Below are positions 61,021-64,000 of a stretch of DNA of 64,000 nucleotides, piece after piece. The DNA comes from Acanthaster planci (taxonomy: Eukaryota): assembly GCF_001949145.1 (NCBI RefSeq), contig NW_019091356.1, positions 3,268,934 through 3,332,933 of the forward strand. The letters run 5' to 3'. The translations under genes and the position numbers were made by a program. Each line of letters begins with the position of its first letter. Positions within the stretch are counted from its first letter, which is position 1. The notes beneath the pieces were generated by a model that saw only the letters and a list, made by a program, of their open reading frames with translations, was not told the origin of the DNA and did not search any database.

Positions 61021-64000
61021 GGGTAGAATACCCCACCACTCCGCATGATCCACCACTGTCCACCTCACAGCTGGCGACATAGTCAAAATGTCACGCTGTT
61101 CTTGTGGGGATTTCAACCTCGAACCCCCATAACCAGTGATTTGATAACCAGGGGTATAAGCCGTTTTCACATTTAAGGTGCTCAGAAGATTTAAAGAAGG
61201 GAACAAATTCATAGCAACACTGGGTAACGTTTGATGAATTACTGCTCGCGATCGTTATTGTTGTAGGTAGTTTGTTCCCTCTAGCTAGAAAGAGCTCCAC
61301 ATACGGACAACACTAGTTTTTCCTTAAAATGTTACAACAGCCATCAGAAAGTGATAACATGTCCTAAAAAGTGACATCTATTTTAGCTAAGAAAATTCTG
61401 ACTTTTCCTTAAAACACTTGGGTTTTTTCAGGCAAGTCTTATAGGTTTGTGCACAGGGCCTCAAGTGTTACCCGTTTACATGTACATGTATACGGAACTC
61501 TTTAATTAAGGAGCTGATAGATCACAGCATTAATTCCTTCCATTTCTGGCCAAGGCATGTCACAGTTTTTGTCATTTCTTCTGTGATAAGATTCTTTAAT
61601 TTTGTAGGCCAACAGGCCTATCTGTCACTTATGACTGAGTCCATGGTTTTATGTCTGTTGTGTCTCATTCCATGTCTTATTCTAAATGTAATGTCACAGA
61701 CTTGTACTTTTGTGTGATTTGAAGGAAAATTATTACCACCGGGCTGGTGTCTGTGACAAGGAACCAATGGAGATTCAGTATTGTTTGAAATTTTCCCTAT
61801 AATGTTTTTGTTTTACTGCAGACATTTTGAAGAAAACTGCGCAAAAATATAAATACAAGGAGAAGCGTTGAATCTTGTTCCAAATTTATGCAGAGCAATA
61901 CCAGTTGCTTCATTGAATTGTGGACCAGTGGTTATGAGTGACCTTTGCACCCCTGTAGGTCCACTCCCCCCTTTCACCTCCATGGTCATCCAGGGACTGA
62001 GAGAGTCCTCTGTAATACAACAGTTTGGCATTTCAGAAAGATATACATGTACATGATGTGGTTGCTGTAAAGCGCAACTGGTGTGGTCCATTACATAACA
62101 ATCCCACTTGAGCCTAGATTACATTGTGCCACAGGTTCTGCTGGGCCCGGGCCCAGGGTAGTCTTTGCTCAAGCATAGAGCTAGGAACGGGCAGTAGTCA
62201 AACAGACTTGAACCAAGTGTAGGTATTACGCTGAAAGTGATTCTAATGCTGATTTTTCTGGTGTTAAAATGATCGCTCCAAAATTTAAACATTCAATGCA
62301 TTTTAGCGCAGATATTAAATCAATTACAATTTGTATGCTGTACCATGCTTTGCTTAAAGATTAAAAGACAAATATTTTTGTAACCTGATATTTGCCGTGA
62401 TGTTTAATTGGCCTCTTTGGTACAGAAACCTGCTCTTTTCGAAATACAGTAAAAATGTAAGCAGTAACAAGTCTTAGTTACATGTACATGTAATCTCATG
62501 AAACATTTAATTGGCAAAATAGCATTGAATTATAAATTCACCGTTGTAGACAAACATGTATAGAATAGCAGTCCCAAAATTATGTACACACCTACAGTAT
62601 GTGTGCATGTGTCCCACTTATGACCTTTGTTCCTCCATGAAACTATTGCAGTGCATGTGGGGGTGAGGGAATTGCCACAGGAGAGCCACTCTATTCACGT
62701 ACAGGTGTAGTCAGTTTGGTTCTTCACTAAGCCAGCGCAGCAACTAATTCATTTCAGTGTGTTTTTTCCTTCAGTCGTTCAAACGTTTCAAACAGAACAC
62801 ATGTTTATGGCCCACACGTACATGCACAGGTCTGTGTATATGTATGTTGTATTGTTTATTAGCGTCTGTGAATTCATGGGCCGTGTTTTAACACGAGTAA
62901 TTATTTTTGTTACTGGGATATTTAATATACCGAAAGGCACTGGACCCTTTGCAGCCAACTTGACAACAAAAACACCTGGCCATATTGAAGCCCTCTACAA
63001 CTCTTCGCACATGTACAATACTCCCACGTAATCACAGCATGGTTTCCCTGAGTGGGCTGGAGAATCTCATGAGAATTGCTCGGACTACTGAGTACATTGT
63101 AGGTCAGCCTGAACGTGCAAGAACTTCATTTCTTCTTGTTCTCCATCTCCGTGGAAAACCGTGACACACGGTGAATTGACCTTTATGTTTTAATGAGGAG
63201 ACGTCTTACACAATTACATGTACTTTTTTTTTAGGGCTAAAATAGCTGTCTTGTTGCCGTGGAGCCAAAAGAGAATTACATATTAATGAGAGGGATATGT
63301 TGTTTATGAGAGAGAAATATTGAATATTCGAATAAAGGAAAGAAGAAAAATATGATTTCAAAGTACAGAAACATTCATCTAAAAAGCGTAATTGATACTG
63401 TCAAACTGCAGTGTGCGTATTCTACCAAAGAACCCATGTACTTTTTTCACATTGTCCATTCAGAAAAACTCCCCATGATAGTCCATTCTGCCATGAATTA
63501 GTTTCATGTACTCTTGTTTCTTTATCCCAGACAACACCAGCCTCTGAATGCGAGAGTTCACACAGATATTGATCGCGCAGCAGTCCATGACATGTGCATT
63601 TAGGCAGATCGGCTTCCTTTATGTTTAGTAACAGTGGAAGTCCATAGTATCAACAGTTATCTAACATTCTATGTATGAGGCTGTGTCCGTTTCATTTCGT
63701 TCTTTCAGGGCATTGTCGTAATGCTTTCACATTTTTCCCCCACCCGCAGGAAGTACACGTACTCTGACTGCTCGTAGCCATCATTGACAATGTGTGATTT
63801 GGAACCTTAATGGAAACAAACCCTTTTGCAATATGGGTTTGTAAATGTAATTGAAAAAAACAAATCAAAATAAACAAGGAGAGACACTAGGAAATGTCAT
63901 AATGAGCTTGACATTTATCTTAGGGGGGGGAATGAAATCCTTGAATCACAAGTAGATGAGTCTGTTGTCTGGTGTTAGTAATTACAGCAGATCCCAAATG

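Overview
Eukaryotic (marine invertebrate, probably echinoderm/sea star; an inference from GPCR types and repeat style) draft-assembly window with two N gaps (3995-4940, 8500-8813). Exon structures were built by hand from GT-AG sites with frame checks. Left to right: (1) a 7-exon minus-strand C3HC4 RING/coiled-coil gene (~581 aa) whose 7.8-kb fifth intron holds a same-strand cluster of two intronless chemoreceptor-like rhodopsin GPCRs and a decayed third copy; (2) head-to-head with it, a 6-exon HROB (C17orf53/MCM8IP) gene; (3) ~32 kb of gene-poor, MITE/SINE-rich DNA with one intronless canonical rhodopsin GPCR; (4) a 3-exon Ly6/three-finger protein with 12 Cys and a probable GPI tail; (5) an 8-exon OVCA2 esterase followed only 211 nt after its stop codon by an intronless, catalytically intact ADAT2, suggesting a shared or bicistronic transcript. 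Other notable signals are four CCAAT boxes at exact 30-bp spacing inside a coding exon, ECL2-focused divergence between the GPCR duplicates, and a strong excess of TACATGTA/TAGGCCTA octamers that resemble transposon excision footprints.
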